Shown here: piece by piece, positions 13,049 through 26,001 of the stretch
Layout of the letters: each line of letters opens with the position of its first letter
How positions within the stretch are numbered: the stretch's first letter is position 1
Source of the DNA: Octopus bimaculoides
Taxonomy: Eukaryota
Assembly: GCF_001194135.2 (NCBI RefSeq)
Contig: NC_068988.1
Coordinates: 57,839,193-57,903,192 of the forward strand
Length of the DNA: 64,000 bases
Reading direction: 5' to 3'
Position numbers and translations under genes: made by a program
Notes under the pieces: generated by a model
Databases searched by the model: none
Seen by the model: only the letters and a program-made list of their open reading frames with translations
Told to the model about the DNA's origin: nothing

Positions 13049-13680
13049 ATGGAAAAACAATATTTAGGGATTTCATTGAAAGATATACCAATTCCATCTA
13101 ACGACACTTACCTAGTATTATTACTACAGAAAACTAATGACCTAATCAAAAGAATGAGATGGAAGGCATTCTTTTACGACAACAAGGAAAATAAGAAATA
13201 CCAATATAATGATAACAATAATTATGGACTTAAATCCTATAAAAACCTTCCACAAAACCCACTCTTAATTGAATTCAAAACCAAAATATTAGAATTAATA
13301 AAATCCATAAAATTTTCATCATTTTATTCCAAATATTAATCAACTCTAAATGAAATTACAAAAAATATTTTAAAAATCACCTAATATACATGTTTTCTCA
13401 GATAAAACAGGGAATTTATATTCCATTACTCCCACCCAATACAATGAATTTATACACAAAGAATTATGTAAATCTTATAAAATAACTAACCCATCACAAC
13501 TAGATATACTAAATGATGAACTTTCCATAATTATGCAAAAATTAGATATTGAAGATCGCACAGAAATATATACTCCTAACACTCCACACTTTAATCTAAA
13601 AGATCATAAACTAGATTTCAATATTAATCCCACTGTTAGACTAATTTGTCCTACTAAATCAGACCTCGGCAGAGTACAAG
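13049..13680 (+). mobile_element. Decayed Penelope-like element ORF, N-terminal region
   Basis: GISLKDIPIP, KRMRWKAFF, YGLKS, SDKTGNLY, LKDHK, PTVRLICPTKSDLG are motifs typical of PLE ORF N-termini; one stop (13339) and one frameshift. Confidence 0.8.
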
Positions 13681-13869
13681 ATTACCAACACCTATAATAG
13701 CAGGATGAAATTCGTCGAGATCTTCTATACTTTTAAAAAATATACCAATTTTTATATAAATAAATGCTTAACAATCGATACTTCAACAAAGGAAGAAACG
13801 AACAAACTTTACATACTTCAGAAGGACTAACATGACAACTTATAAGAAGGACAGTATTCCCTTAGTTTT

Positions 13870-14200
13870 ACATGTTTACACATTTATTGCCTTCAATGTA
13901 TTCTCTATTTGAAGCACTGCATCAGTTCAGGCTCATTTTCCACTGTTTGAAGCAGTGAAGGAACTCTTGTAAAGTGATGCCTTTTAATGTCTCCGTTGTT
14001 CTTTTCTTCACCTCTTCCACATCTGCAAATTCCATAGTACCAACTTTCGTCACCAGTGATGACCTTTGAAAAAAGGTCTGGATCAACTTCCAACTGTCCT
14101 CTCAGTTCACAACCTGCATTCAGTCGTGACTGCTTTTCATCTCCATGAGCAAGTGAGGCACAAGTTTTGCTGCAATTCTTTTCATTCTCACCCATGCAAA
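13870..14200 (-). mobile_element. Internally deleted mariner transposase remnant
   Basis: MKRIAAKLVP (WVPHEL-equivalent linker), LFSKVITGDESW (first catalytic D), then the C-terminal EFLHCFKQWK...EYIEGNK in another frame. Confidence 0.85.
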
Positions 14201-15278
14201 CTGCAACACAAAAAACAACAACAACAACAACTGTATCATCAATAACCTTAGAAACAACAACAATAACATCAACACCGCCACCACCACCACTACCAACAAC
14301 AACAACAACAAAAACAACATCGACAACAATAACGACAACACAATCAACATAAACAAATGTAGGTTAATATAGTTTAATGTGAAAACGTGTGTCTATCATG
14401 CTTTGAAAGTAAATTAGCCATAGTCGTGTGTCTGTGATGGCACAATAAAGCTGTAACGCTGCACAGACCATGAAGTCACAGAAGCATGAAGAGACCTTTT
14501 AGGCATTGCCTGACAGAAAGAAACAAATGAAAGCAATCAATGTGGGAATAAAAATACATTTGTTATTAAATTCAGAAGGAAGGCGGTGAGCTGGTAGAAT
14601 CGTTAGCAAGCTGAGAAAATGCTTAGCGGCATTTCATCCGTTTTCACGTTCTGAGTTCAAATGCTGCAGGGGTTGAGTTTGCCTTTCATCTTTTTGGGGC
14701 CTGTAAAATAAAGTACCAGTGAAATACTGGGGTCGATATAATCGACAAGTTCCGTCCCACAAAATAAATTTCAGGACCTGTGCCTTTAGTAGAAAGGATT
14801 ATTAAATTCAGAACGAAGGCAGCAAGCTGGCAGAAATGTTAGCACGCCGGGCGAAATGCTTAGCAGTATTTCGTCTGCCATTACGTTCTGAGTTCAAATT
14901 CCGCTGAGGTCAACTTTGCTTTTCATCCTTTCGGGGTTGATAAATTAAGTACCAGTTACGCACTGGGGTCGATGTAATCAACTTAATCCCTTTGTCTGTC
15001 CTTGTTTGTCCTCTCTATGTTTAGCCCCTTATGGGCAATAAAGAAATAAGAATCGTTAGCACGCTGAGAAAATGCTTAGCGGCATTTCATCAGTCTACAC
15101 ATTCCGAGTTCAAATGCTGCCAGGGTTGAGTTTGCCTTTCATCTTTTTGGGGCTTGTAAAATAGAGTACCTGTGGGGGTCAATTTGTTTGATTAAAGGCA
15201 GTGCTCCAGCATGGCCACAGCCAAATGGCTGAAACAAATAAGAAAAAAAGAAAGAAAGTAAAAAAGAATATATATATG

Positions 15279-15473
15279 ATGGGTACTGAAAGAAAATACA
15301 AGAGGATCAGTTAATTATGATTTTATTCAACATATTCCCCTCAGAGATTCACACACTCAGTGCAGCAGCCCTTCAGTTTTTCTAAGCCCTGTAAAGGGAC
15401 TTGGAAGGTTGGACCTTCAATGAGGCCTTTCACAGTTCCTTTAAAGCCAGGAACTTTTCAGCACCCCCTTGTA
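15279..15473. mobile_element. Mariner-derived MITE copy
   Basis: Right TIR gccaggaacttttcagcacccccttgta; interior shared with the copies at 32.9, 33.2, 36.4 and 54.8 kb. Confidence 0.75.
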
Positions 15474-17272
15474 TTAGGATCAACGATATCAACAAACCCT
15501 TTCACATAAAAATTACTATACTTGCTCCTAAATCAAAAGCCATTCATTTATAAGGGTAGTGACTTGCAGAATCATTAGAGCATTGGAGAAAATGCCTTGC
15601 ACTGTTTAGTTCTATTCTGAGTTCAAATCCTGCCAGAGTCAACTCTGCCTTTCCTCCTTCTGAGGCCGATAAAATAAAGTACCAGTCAACAAATGAAGTT
15701 ATTGTTACTGACTAACCCCCTTCCCCTAAAAATTACTGCCCTTAGGTCTAAATTAGTCATCAGTAATTAGAATTATAAAGGTAGTAAATGGTAAGATTGT
15801 TAGAACATTGGCAAAAATGCTTTGCACTAATTAGCTCTTCACTTTCTGAGTTCAAATCCTGTTGAGGTCGACTTTGCTTCTCCTCCTTCCAGGGTTGATA
15901 AAATAAAGTACCAGTCATGTACTGGAGTTGATGGTATCAGCTAACTCATCCTCTGGGTTCCAGGCCTTGTGCATTTACTATAAGCAATTATTTAATTTGT
16001 AACAGAATCAACAGAGTGTCAGACAAATATAATCTGTACTTTTCTGATTGGCAGAATAATTAGAGTGTTGGACAAAATACCTCAATGTATTTAATTGCAA
16101 TCTTTTGCATTCAGCGTTCAAATCCCACCAATTCTCATCTTTACCTTTCATCTCTCCAAGTTCAATAAAATAAAGTGCAGTTGAATACAGGGATCCATGT
16201 AATTAACCAGCTCCTTCTCATCATAGTTACTTGAGTCTTAATTAGAAATTAATTAAATTAAGAGAATTGCTAGAGTAACAGGCAAAATACTTTGTGCTAT
16301 TTCATTTCAACCCTTCATATTTAGAGTTCAAATTTCACCCCAGGTCAGCTTTGCCCTTCATCTTTTCAGGAGTGAGTAAATTAATACCAGTAATATACTG
16401 AGGATATATTTGGATATACCTTCAACCCTAGTAGTGGTGGCTTTGTGATTGTATTAGAAATCATGCTGTTCAATTCATAGTTAAAGGGATATGTTTTGGC
16501 AGAAATGGTAGAGTAGTGAGGAAGGACATCTGTACAAAATCTGCCTCAACAAAGTCGTCTGACCCATGCAAACTTGGAAAGATGGATGTTAAAACAATGA
16601 TTATGATAATGACAATGGAGTAGACATTCTGTATTGTGTATGTATCTCAGTTATAAGATAGGTACATCACATTCCCAGTTTTCATAAGAGCTGACTAAGA
16701 GAGTTGTCAACACGAGGAATATCCAGCCATAAAGCACCACCTCTGTAAAACTGTCCAACCCATCATCCAGCATTGAAAACCAGATTTGAAATACTGTTGA
16801 TGATGATTGATAAAGCAAACAATATCAACCACTGTGCCACGGCCACTCATAGCCCATATATGTGCTGTGGGTTTTCAAAGTGAGTCAGAGTACGTCAGGA
16901 TATTTAAAAAATTTGAGTATTTTTAATACACCCAACACTATTTTATGTGTTTCTTTTGTGTCAGAGTACAATGAGTACGCTCATCACTATTTTAAAACAA
17001 TCTTGATACTGCATTTTTTTTATATAATAAAATTTGTAAAGAATTCATGACATAATAGTAAAATTTTTAGTGCTTTATATAATATATCAATAGTATTGAA
17101 TATAATAGAATAGAAGTGTGTACTGTGAAGGCACATGGCTTAGTGGCTGGGGGTATTTAGTTCACGATCATAATGTTGTGAGTTTGATTTCCCCCCTCCC
17201 TATGCATTGTGTCCTTGAAAAGGACACTTTTCGTCTCGTCGCTCAGGGTCATGAGTGTTTCGTCCCTTAGCC

Positions 17273-17569
17273 CAGGGGTTTTCAAACTGTGGTCCGCGGA
17301 CCACAGGGGGTCCGCAAGGACAAGACAGGGGGTCCGTGGACAGCAAATACTTTTTATGGGCAATTTGATTTTATACATGTTTTTTAATCAAAATCTTTTA
17401 ATTGACAATAAATCTATTTGTTAAATACAGTTAAATAAATAAATGTAAAAATATATGTTATTTTAAGCAAATATTTATGTATCAATTTCATAAGCGTTTA
17501 TAAAGGGGTCCCTAAGGTAAAGCCTGAAATACAAAGGGGTCCGCAAGTCAAAAAGTTTGAAAACCCCTG
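17273..17569. mobile_element. hAT (Charlie-type) MITE, 297 bp
   Basis: TIR CAGGGGTTTTCAAACT / AGTTTGAAAACCCCTG; perfect 8-bp TSD ccttagcc at 17265-17272 and 17570-17577. Confidence 0.93.
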
Positions 17570-17625
17570 CCTTAGCCTATATGCTTCGCCAGAGTGAGAC
17601 AGCGAGGACTGAACTAGTCTTCACC

Positions 17626-17850
17626 TTAAGAAGGGTTCCACCTGCAGTCTCTTATCAACCATAGCCACCTTCAGCAAGTTTTAGCTGTCATGCCTATCTC
17701 CTTCCTGGTTTTTTTCGGTTGTCTGGGTTTCAGACCTATCTTCTTCAGGAAATAGCTCACTGACCTAGCAGGAAGGCCACAGTAGCTGACTTCAGTGGGG
17801 AACGAGACTGCATGCCATCTCTTGACACGGGCCTCAATGATTAAGTTATA
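17626..17850 (-). mobile_element. HERO-like RLE non-LTR retrotransposon, C-terminal fragment
   Basis: YNLIIEARVKRWHAVSFPTEVSYCGLPARSVSYFLKKIGL...KEIGMTAKTC*RWLWLIRDCRW resembles the recalled HERO end (W..PVEVGCRG...AE.AS.WLW.KR). Confidence 0.72.
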
Positions 17851-18067
17851 AGGTTGACCTAGGGCTAAACAGCATTTATTCTACATGTAAATATTGATCT
17901 TCAGATAACTCATTCCACTTCAATGACTGTTATGAGACTTACTGCTGCTGCTGCTGCTGCTGCTACTACTACTACTATCTCTACTACTACTACTACTACT
18001 ACTACTATCTCTACTACTACTACTACTACTACTACTATCTCTACTACTACTACTACTACTACTACCT

Positions 18068-18103
<36 letters not shown>

Positions 18104-18814
18104 TTACTACTACTGCCAAAGCTTTGTGAAAGGATTTGGCAGACGAAAACTGAAAGAAGNNNNNNNNNNNNNNNNNNNNNNNNNNNNNNNNNNNNNNNNN
18201 NNNNNNNNNNNNNNNNNNNNNNNNNNNNNNNNNNNNNNNNNNNNNNNNNNNNNNNNNNNNNNNNNNNNNNNNNNNNNNNNNNNNNNNNNNNNNNNNNNNN
18301 NNNNNNNNNNNNNNNNNNNNNNNNNNNNNNNNNNNNNNNNNNNNNNNNNNNNNNNNNNNNNNNNNNNNNNNNNNNNNNNNNNNNNNNNNNNNNNNNNNNN
18401 NNNNNNNNNNNNNNNNNNNNNNNNNNNNNNNNNNNNNNNNNNNNNNNNNNNNNNNNNNNNNNNNNNNNNNNNNNNNNNNNNNNNNNNNNNNNNNNNNNNN
18501 NNNNNNNNNNNNNNNNNNNNNNNNNNNNNNNNNNNNNNNNNNNNNNNNNNNNNNNNNNNNNNNNNNNNNNNNNNNNNNNNNNNNNNNNNNNNNNNNNNNN
18601 NNNNNNNNNNNNNNNNNNNNNNNNNNNNNNNNNNNNNNNNNNNNNNNNNNNNNNNNNNNNNNNNNNNNNNNNNNNNNNNNNNNNNNNNNNNNNNNNNNNN
18701 NNNNNNNNNNNNNNNNNNNNNNNNNNNNNNNNNNNNNNNNNNNNNNNNNNNNNNNNNNNNNNNNNNNNNNNNNNNNNNNNNNNNNNNNNNNNNNNNNNNN
18801 NNNNNNNNNNNNTT

Positions 18815-18859
<45 letters not shown>

Positions 18860-19730
18860 ATGTGTGTGTATATGTTTGTGTGTCTGTGTTTGTCCCCCCA
18901 ACTTCACTTGACAACCGATGCTGGTGTGTTTACGTCCCCGTAACTTAGCGGTTCAGCAAAAAGTGACCGATAGAATAAGTACTAGGCTTACAAAGAATAA
19001 GTCCTGGGGTCAATTTGCTCGACTAAAGGCGGTGCCCCAGCATGGCCGCAGTCAAATGACTGAAACAAGTAAAACAGTAAAGTGTAATTTAAAATAAAAT
19101 ATCTTGACAAATATACCAGACCTGGAAAGAAGGATCTAGTTTTAGAGAGAGAGAGAAAAAAAGAAAAGGGTGAGAGAGAGAAAGACAAAAATCAAAGCGA
19201 AAGAGTTATTTGGTAATTCAACAAAATATCTTTTTGTATTATTATTTTCAGGTTCAAACCTTAGAACAATTCTTTTAGTATTTATTTTTACCATTTTGCC
19301 CTGATGTTCAACTGAGAAAAACAAATAGATGTGTGTATATTCATGTCTGCCAGTCTCAACCATTTTGTTATTTGTTTTAGTTATACGAAACTGCTATAAC
19401 AAGCAAGCAGACATTGTCGATTTGGCTAAAACGAATGAGGAGTCGAATGTCGATTCTTGTTGTTCAACATTTGCAAAGCAATGCAAATATTTACACCTGT
19501 TGACAGGTGTGTACATGTCATAGGTAGCAAGCATTTTGGGGACATGAACAAGCAAGCTTAGACATGCACAGAGATGTGCATAGATGTATATATGTATGTA
19601 TGTGTGTGTGTGTATGTATGTATGTATGCATGTATGTACAAATAAGTATATGTATGTGTGTTTGTAGGTGTATATGTGTAGTGTGTATATATGTATATAT
19701 AAAAATGCATCATATATATTTATATGTAAA

Positions 19731-19807
<77 letters not shown>

Positions 19808-19899
19808 TATATACAGTTAAAAAAAACACAAAAAAACAACAAAGTGAGGACGTGATACGGATAGTGTTATTGGACGCTCGGGAAAGGAAGGAGAGAGAG

Positions 19900-19932
19900 T
19901 ATGACGTTTCAGGCGGAGCCTTTCGTCGGAAA
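19900..19932 (-). ncRNA. Minimal hammerhead-like motif with CCGACGA core
   Basis: ttt-CCGACGA-A-AGGC ucc GCCU-GAAA-CG-UC. Confidence 0.45.
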
Positions 19933-20614
19933 GACAGAAAGTTCGGAGAATGGAAAAACAGAGGAAGAGGAAAATGGCACCGATGCCCACGAGGTTACAT
20001 TGTGAAAGGACCGGAAGAGGAGGTGGTGGGGGAAAAGTTCTTTCTAAGACAGGAGAGTGAAACACATATACACACAGAACCAATACACATACACACACAT
20101 CTTATACATTAATGGCAATTTCTGTATGTTGATCTGTCTGTTATCATCTTGCTGCCTACACCAGTGAACCAATCTTGACAAAACTTTGCATACATGTTAA
20201 ACTAACATCCAGTTCAATTATAGGCTTATTAGATTTCAATAAAAATCTAAAATGGGCCCCCTAGTTGGGGTTGGATTATCATTTGATAAAATGAGAAGGG
20301 TGCAAGAGTGTTAGTGTCAGAGAAATGTGAGTGTGGCTGATATCAGGGAAGGGGAGAACAGCATTGTGTAAGCAACAAATGTTGAGTGGCAATGGGGTGG
20401 AGCATTAATACAGCTGTCATTCAGCTGTATTACAAGTGATGCTGCATACATACTTTTGTAAAGACATAGCTACATGCATACACCCCCACACACACACATA
20501 TAAATATATATGCATAATACATATGTCTCTTATACACCATTTTAAACTCGTGATTACCTGTGTATACATTTGCAAATCTGTGTGTGTGTGTGTGTGTGTG
20601 TGAGAACTATGACA

Positions 20615-20810
20615 TAAAACGGGGCTGAGAACCAAGCTTTGGTGGATACCTGCTCTACACACTAAATCCACACTGAAATCACAGTTAGCTTTCACTCTCC
20701 ATAAATGGCTTATAACACACCCACACCTAGTTTTCAGGAAGTCCACCAGACAATAGGTCATGATGCTTCATCAAAGGCTTTCTCCAGAGCAATAAATGCT
20801 AAATAGACAT
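20615..20810 (-). mobile_element. Old RTE-clade RT remnant
   Basis: AFIALEKAFD and GIHQSLVLSP are degenerate forms of AFVDLEKAFD and [10 protein letters not shown]. Confidence 0.65.
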
Positions 20811-21124
20811 TTACTCTTAACTAAATATCTCTCTTATAATTGTCTTACTTTGAAAAGAGCACTGGTAGTAATCTGACCACACTGCATCTCATCTAAGCTG
20901 ATTCTTTTCCTAATCAGTCATGCTAACTCTCTCTCTATTAACTTTACAGCCTGGTCCATCAGTTTTATGCTTCTGTAATTGCTTTTCTCCAAGGTATCTC
21001 TTTCGCCTTTGTTACAGTTGACAATGATGATGATATTATTAATATACCAATACATAAAAACAGGCTAGAGTTGAAGTGCTCAGCATGAGCTAGAATTCAC
21101 ACACAAACGCACACACACACACAC

Positions 21125-21171
<47 letters not shown>

Positions 21172-23464
21172 ATGCACACACACACAAACATATATATATA
21201 CATATATACGGCAGGCTTCTTTCAGTTTCCGTCTACCAAATCCACTCACAAGGCTTTGGTCAGTCCGAGGCTATAGTAGAAGACACTTGCCCAAGGTGCC
21301 ACGCAGTGAGACTGAACCCGGAACCATGTGGTTGGTAAGCAAGCTACTTCCCACACAGCCACTCCTATGCCTATATAGCAATCGTCCTCTCAATGCTCCT
21401 CAACCATCTCTGTAATCTCACCTGATCTGCAGTTCATTTTATATCAACGTTGATATTTCTGACACCATGTTTCTGCTAATGGAATGGGTAGATGTTTGAA
21501 GTCTGTTCTTTGCACCTGAAAAGAAGTGTGCAATCATTTGATAATGAGCGAAAGGTTCTCATAGAAGGTCAGATATTTCCATCTAACCAGCTCACTGCAT
21601 TTAGAATCAAACCTGGATTCGCTAGGATTGATGCAGACTTCTTAATATAGCCATTCTTGTGACCACCCCATCGAGTAACCATATAGAAGCTCTCAGTACA
21701 AGCAATGAGTTCCAGTGCTGAGTTTAGTTTTTACCTTAAATTACCTGCAATGGATTCGTATTTATAAGAGAAAGTTTATCTTGCCATAAGCTTATAACTA
21801 CAGTAACGCTTTTCTGCCTAAACTCTTTTTGTATTCAATATATTCCAGTGATATAAACTGCCTGTATGTTTAAATTAATTTTGAAAATAATCAAGAATGT
21901 ATATGGTAATTTCGTAAAATAACTTTGCGGTTATTAAATTGGTGTTTGAAACAAAACGAAAAGTTCTTACATAAAATTACAAAAGGTTTCTCATTTCAAC
22001 ATGAGCGTTTTAAAAACAGATTTCGTATCATGAAACCAGGAGCGGCCTAGGCGTGGACTGGAATCAAAATGGTTTAAACTTCTTCAGCAGGTTGACATCA
22101 AAACAGCAAAGCACAAAGATGGCAAGGATGAGAGCAAGAGTTATTCCCCTTTAAATTATCGAGAGAAAAAAAAACTCAAGGGAAATAACTGCCGTTTCGA
22201 GACTAATCTCGCAAATATTTTAAGTTAAATTTCCAATTCCGTCCAATCTTTCCCCTCACCGATTTCGAAAATCCTGGAAAAAGGGTAATAAATACTTCCC
22301 TTGGTTTTTGATTGTTCCATAAAAAGGAGGATACACTTTGTTATAAAATTCCTCATCTATTCCAACAATATTATGAAGAGAAAATAGTTTATCAATTTAT
22401 TATTTACAATATAAAAGGAACATATTTGTAAAATAACTAGGAAACTAAGGTTCTGTGACAGATCACAAGGGGTACCGCGAGAAATATTGAGAATACCGCG
22501 AGAATAGGCCGATTACATACAAATGCATTTTTGAGTCACATATATGTTTAATTCTATCTTCATAATTTTACTATATATGTGCAATATAGGTGTATGCATA
22601 CGGCTGTGCATTGGCACATGCATAGCACCTTGGGTAAGAGTCTTCTAATATGGCCCCAGGCTGACGAAAGCCTTGCGAATGGATTTTGAATGGGGAAATA
22701 AACTTCCACGGCAGAAGTGTTAATGCTGCTACTCCCAGGGAAGAGGATTGGCCTTCAGGAGTTTTGTGCTGGTGCCACATAAAAAACACGTAATAGCACT
22801 CGAGCTAGTGCCACATTAAAAGCACCTGGCACATACACTATAAAGGGGTCAGCATTAGGAAGGGCATCCAGCTGTAGAAACTAACCCAGAACACATGACT
22901 GGAACCTGGTGCAGCTCTCCAGCTTGCCAGCTCTGGTCAAACCGTCCAACCCATGCCAGCATGGAAAACGGACGTTAAATGATGATGATGATGATGATGA
23001 TGATGATATTTATGAAAAAAAGAAAGAAAAATTTTTTTTTAAATCTATTATAATACTCTTGTGTTTTTCTCTGTCACAACATATGAAAGAGAAAAGAAGG
23101 GGTGATAGATGAATAAGGAAGTAAGGGGTGATGGCAAACTGGTAGTGGGAGCGTTTCAACTCTGGGTGAGTATATGTGTGTGTGTGTATGTAAAAAGGAG
23201 GTATGTGAATGTGTGTGTGTGTGCAATGGAAGCGGAATGGTGAACATTCAACACTGCAAACAAAAATCAATGCGAAAGGGCCACCAGTGATTTGATCTGG
23301 GATTGTTAATCTCCATATTCACAGATGACCTCTATCTACAGGCTGGGACCCTGACAAGTGCTTGTACTCCACATAAAAGTAGACCTGGGAACAAATGGTA
23401 GCTACAAGGTTTTATAATAAATAGACAAACAGATAAATAAATCAAGAGACATAAGCAAATATAT

Positions 23465-23502
<38 letters not shown>

Positions 23503-24580
23503 TTTTATTTTGCAATTAAGATTATATCTGAATAATATATCTAACACAAACAAAAAAATAAAGCATTAAAAATAAAGATTTACTCATATTTTTCTGTCCA
23601 TGTTACAATCAGTTCTTAAAATCTTTCAAAACATTCGCATTTGCACAATCCATGAGAATTTTTCATTTTCATTTGTTTTTATTTATTTATTTATTTATTT
23701 TTTTCGGTTTCAATTATTTTTAGATTGGGAAGCAGGAAGGGAGGTGGAGCAATAAAGAATTGCAAAAAAGTTAATATTACAAATCTTGTTACATCTGGGG
23801 ATAATCATTATACCAATATTATTAACACACACACACTGATTCAATTCCAATTCTTCATTATTAGTCAACTGGTTAAATATCCACTAAATTAATCAATTGT
23901 TTAACTTAGTTAAGCAGTAAGTCATTTTTTTTTTTTGCCAAAGCTCTTTTGTTGCTACTTGCAACCTTTTCAATGACTTTTGTCTTAGTCTGTTACGGAG
24001 GCTGCACTTGTCTGCTTGAGATCTTGTTGTGAGCATCTGTGTGCATGCAAGTAGCAATGAAAAACCTTTGACAAACAAATGACTTACAAACAATTGATCA
24101 GCTAGTTGGATATTTAAGCAACTGACTAATGATGAAGGAGCGGAATCAAACCAGTGCATGTGTTAATGATATTGGCATAACGACTCTCCCCAGATACAAC
24201 AAAATTTGTTTCAACACACCAATTCACATAAAGAATCTTGCAAACCAGACACAAAAACAAAATTAAAATTACAATTTTACTCTGCATTACCATAACAAGC
24301 AAAATAAAGAGAAAAATATCTTCTTTTACTGATTTCAGTTACTGGATAGTGGCCATGCTAGAGTACCACCTTCGAGGATGGTACTCTCACACACATACAC
24401 ACACATGTACAAACACTCCAAAAATAAAAAAAATAAAAACGGTGTTGTTAATGTCAGAATTATGCCTGCACCTACGACAGCACATACAAAAAAAATCAAA
24501 CAATTGAAATGACTATAGGTTAACGGGGCTGGAGTTTATGTGTGCATGTGCTTGTGTTTATACACGTGTGTGTGCATGTG

Positions 24581-24615
<35 letters not shown>

Positions 24616-24928
24616 ACACATACCCATATATGTGCACACCCACACACACACACATTTGAAAATACGAAGAGAAATTCAGTTAATAACAAATTAATCTCTC
24701 ATCATTTTTGTGTCATTTTTTTGCAGCAGGGAGGGGGTCTGGGTTTTTTGTCACTTTTTGTTGCTGTTTTTTTTTGCTCCATTTTGTTGTTTTTTTTACT
24801 TNNNNNNNNNNNNNNNNNNNNNNNNNNNNNNNNNNNNNNNNNNNNNNNNNNNNNNNNNNNNNNNNNNNNNNNNNNNNNNNNNNNNNNNNNNNNNNNNNNN
24901 NNNNNNNNNNNNNNNNNNNNNNNNNNNN

Positions 24929-24936
24929 AGCAAACA
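24929..24936 (-). CDS. TTC37: Probable start of the TTC37 terminal exon; the rest and the stop codon are presumably in gap 24802-24928
   Basis: Long pyrimidine tract ctgtttttctcttctctgttttctcttcctttgtatttgcag followed by TGT TTG CT, in phase 0; only 8 nt visible. Confidence 0.6.
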
Positions 24937-25932
24937 CTGCAAATACAAAGGAAGAGAAAACAGAGAAGAGAAAAACAGATTAGACATTTTATAAACAAAT
25001 AACAATAAAATGATGAACAAATATGATGCTACATTATAATAACGTTGAATATATATGTAGATCCCTCTCCCTCTCTCTCTTTCAGAGAGGCACAAGCACA
25101 TACACAGACATATACACACACGGCAGTAACTTCCGCCTACCAAATTCAATCACAAAGCTTTGGTCGGCCCGGGGCTATAGCAGAAGACACTTGCCCAAGG
25201 TGCCACATGGTGGGACTGAACCTGAAACCATGTAGCTGGGAAGCAAGCTTCCTAACCACACAGCCATGCCTGTGCCTATTTTAGATATTGTATAAAAGGA
25301 AGATGCTAGTGTCTATTTATACAGAATTTGGCATAAAAAAAAAACGTCTGTAGATTTATACTATGATATATCATAGCACAGGGGTATATATGAACACAGC
25401 ATCACAGAGTGATGTATACATGAATATATTCAGTGACATACACACACACACACACACATATATGAACACTTGACCTTGAGTCACGCTGTTACTTCTGCTA
25501 AATATTAATAAAAATATGTATATACTCATGTTTTTAGCAGAAGTAACAGAGTGACTCAAGGTTCAAGAGATTCATACATTTGATAAGTGCCAATACACAA
25601 AACCCTTGAACCTGAAGTGACTTTATATATAATGGAACTGTGATTAAGTATATCAGAAAAAATATATATAAGTCAAAACAATTTGCTGGCTTTTTATGGT
25701 TTTTATAATTATTTATATGATATTATGTTATGTTATATATTATATTCATAGTATTTAATGTAATATTGTAATATAAATAAATTATTGGATTGTCAATAGA
25801 ATATCTCTATATTAAATTCATCTTTATACTTGAATTATACCAATATTTATATGGCGTCCAACTGATGTACCAGTGAATTGGATGTTTAATACACCACTTT
25901 GAAGGATTTGTTTTCCTCGGTTTGTTACTTTA

Positions 25933-26001
<69 letters not shown>

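Noticed and set aside
25855-25890. ccaa-CUGAUGU-A-ccag/ttgg upstream of a TA tract as another hammerhead
   Set aside because: No GAAA or cleavage triplet follows; too degenerate to support.
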